The notes below the pieces were generated by a model. It ran no database searches, was not told the DNA's origin, and saw only the letters and a program-made list of their open reading frames with translations. A stretch of DNA of 62,781 bases, filler included, from Choristocarpus tenellus KU-1152 (taxonomy: Eukaryota; Protista; Phaeophyceae): NCBI GenBank assembly GCA_964200185.2. It is 12 parts of 12 records of this genome, joined end to end, with 100 filler letters (N's around TTAATTAATTAA, not from the genome) between each part and the next. Parts side by side here need not be neighbours in the genome. Positions count along the whole stretch, not along the records: positions 56,187 to 62,781 come from CAXNAD020007795.1; 11 more parts are not named here. The stretch is one strand, 5' to 3'. Position numbers and translations under genes: made by a program. This document shows, piece after piece, positions 60,203 through 62,781 of the stretch. Position 1 is the stretch's first letter. Every line of letters starts with the position of its first letter.

Positions 60203-61740
60203 ATGACTGCAAACACTTGGACCAAGGATAATGCCCGCCGACTGGCTCTCTTCTCTCTTGCTGGTGCCTCAGTCAGTGCGCTTCAAGCAACGATGAGGTG
60301 TACCTCAAACACCATTCGGCATTCGCTGGGAGTGAGTCCTTCAAGTACTGCATTAATCCTCCATGTGTCGAATCGCCTCGATCCAGTGGAAGCAGGTTCT
60401 TCTAGTGATAGCGATAATCGCGGTGCTGGTAACATGGGTAGCAATGACAAGGAGGGGCCACCATCTGGACGTGCTCTCCTTCGTGCTGCTCGCGATCGCG
60501 CTATCATCAGTCGTGACAAGAGAGGGGCTGGATTACCCCCTGAACCTATCCAGATTCATAGATCCAATGATTCTTCTTCAAGGGCCAATGCTGGGAGTAC
60601 TCCAATCCCCAGTGTAGCAGATCAGATGGAGGGTGGGGAACACACAGCATCACAGGTTATGGGCAGGGCAGAGCAAATTTCTATCGGGCAAGATATCGCG
60701 ACTGAGAGCGCTCAAGTCCATGCCAATGCTACAGCTGTCAGAGGCGGAAGGGGTAGAGTCGGAGGAAGACCACAACATCAGAGTGAGAGATCGACCCAGA
60801 GACAACATCAGGGGCAACACAGGTCAACAAAGTACCTCCCGGATTTCCTCTCCATTGCGGTAGAGCCGGTTACGTCCTCACCCCTCCCTAACCAAGAGGA
60901 AGATGCGGAAGATGCAGCACTGATAGCAGTGCTAAGGGCGATCTTACCTTCTACCACAGCTTATGACCAGAATCCAAGTATTGCCACAACTGCTCTTGAC
61001 CCTTTGACCGTGGATATGGCGGGGCGAGAGGGGAACGAGGGGGATGAGTTTCCAGAGCATGCATCACAGGTGTGCTTCCTCACTGTGGCATGACTCTTGG
61101 GAACTCTTGCAGAGCATGCTATATTGCTGTCTAGTGAGGGCATGTATGTATCCGATTAGACTTGTAGACTAACAATAAAGATCGGTGCTGAATTTTCATT
61201 TTTGTTGCTACTATGTAGTACACACACAGACACTCGTATGTTTATACATTTGGGGAGGAAGGTAAAAGGTAATTCCGACTCAAGTCTTCTTTCTGCCAAT
61301 GCCCAAGAGTTTGAGAGGCCTCTTCCAAGGTCAGGTTCACAACAGTGTGTCTTCAGCACATTTTGACATCGTACACCATTCTTGAAGTGCCACAAGTCAA
61401 CTAGAGCGATTACTGCACTTGAAACTGTTTTTCCTCTTTCTTTGAGACACGAAAACGAGTAGATGTGCTATTCTACTTATATTATTATATCATATAACCC
61501 CCTACTCTACCCTCTCCATTTCCTGTTTATCGCCTTACAATACATCGCTGGCAGAGCTGGCTTCCTGCAATGGCTGCAATCCGCAAAGCCTGTGCCAGTG
61601 GCCGTGCTAGGGCCCCGCCCCACCTAGCGTTTGATCTTGTGATCAAGGCATGCTGTTTGTCTAAGCGGTCTGATGCTGCCCTGGAGACACTGCGTCTCAT
61701 GCAGTCAGTTGGACTTCAGCCTCACTTAAGTGTGTACAAG
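60203..61740 (+). CDS. Pentatricopeptide-repeat (PPR) protein, 5' exons ~60203-61069 and ~61555-61740; partial
   Basis: AFDLVIKACCLSKRSDAALETLRLMQSVGLQPHLSVYK is a typical PPR unit. Donors CAG|GTGTGC and AAG|GTGATG are present. Confidence 0.65.
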
Positions 61741-62547
61741 GTGATGTCTACCTGCAAGGAGGGCACAGGGGGGCATGCTGCACCCAAAATGAATTGGTGT
61801 GATTAATTGACAGTTTCCTTCTTGCACTTTTTTTTTTTTTTCAGCCTTCTCAGGCAGGTGATAGTGAAGCTTGTTGGCAACCCTAGAGGTCTATCTCCAC
61901 CCCCCATGAACAATGCATGACTCTGTGATCATTCGATTGATGGACCAATTCTGTTGCGGCTGTATTTTCATTCCTTGCATGGTTCTGTATGGACTTATTT
62001 TCCTTTGATTGTTTTGGAGACCCTAGAATTTAAAGATGTATGAGTGTGTGTATGCAGTATGCAGTTGATTCTTGGTTGTCAGAAGTTGGTAATGTGTTGC
62101 ACTACCCTATCTGGACCATACCAATGCACACCCTTCTCATTCTTCATTGTAGTATAGAACTCTGGTACTCCCAGCCCTAAGCCTGGACCTAATCCTTACG
62201 ATTTGAAGTACCTCAGGTGGGTATTGCTCTCTGGTGTTTTTGAAGCTCTGGGTATGTGTAACTCATATGATTTAATATATATATATAAATGAAGAGAAGG
62301 ATAGTTTTATTATCAGGTCTATTCATTAGTAGTGAAATTCTCAAACTGTATTGTTGTCAAGTTTATTAAATGCTACCACCAGGAATTGTCTTTGAGCACA
62401 AGAGTGTCATTTTGTGTTGAGCTAGTGATTTTTTTAATACCAGCATTTTGTACTAGTAATCTACTCCATCGTCCAATATCGTACATACACTTTGCCCTTT
62501 GAACCAAGACTCTTGTGACAAACTATGCTTCAACCAGTTCCTTCCCA

Positions 62548-62590
<43 letters not shown>

Positions 62591-62781
62591 CTTGATGTAT
62601 GCATCTTGTGTTTCCTCAAATGTTGTAGGTATTCCGCCTGATCCTTCATCTTTCGTTTTTTATCCCTATCATACCAAAATTTCCCACTGAAACGATGTGC
62701 ACAATAATACTCTTCTTCCCCCCCCCCCCCCCTCTCCCCTATTTTTTCTCACTGCGGCGATCCATTCACGTAACCACACAT

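Overview
Eukaryotic genomic DNA with GT-AG introns, TTAGGG-like interstitial repeats and heavy TE content. The overall look is stramenopile/brown-algal, but that taxon is an inference. The window is not one locus: 12 short contigs are joined by 11 identical artificial 100-bp linkers (N44-TTAATTAATTAA-N44), so adjacency across linkers carries no meaning. Recognisable host genes, mostly partial: a uroporphyrinogen-III C-methyltransferase, an ADPRM-type metallophosphoesterase, the 3' exons of CAND1, an IQ+LRR protein, a putative IQ/kinase gene, and a CCDC77-like gene head-to-head with a PPR gene. Mobile DNA dominates. There is a near-complete tyrosine-recombinase (DIRS/Ngaro-like) retrotransposon, Ty3/gypsy and copia pieces, and IS630/Tc1-like fragments. 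The most coherent system is Sola2-like. A decayed transposase (~250-2560) sits alongside two non-autonomous TIR families, a ~258-bp family A (9 copies) and a ~178-bp G-tract family B (7 copies plus an orphan end). The two share the terminal core CAAAGTATCT and a subterminal AAATGGAC, mostly make 4-bp TSDs, and have each inserted once into the transposase region itself. All calls come from reading motifs by eye; no database searches were run.
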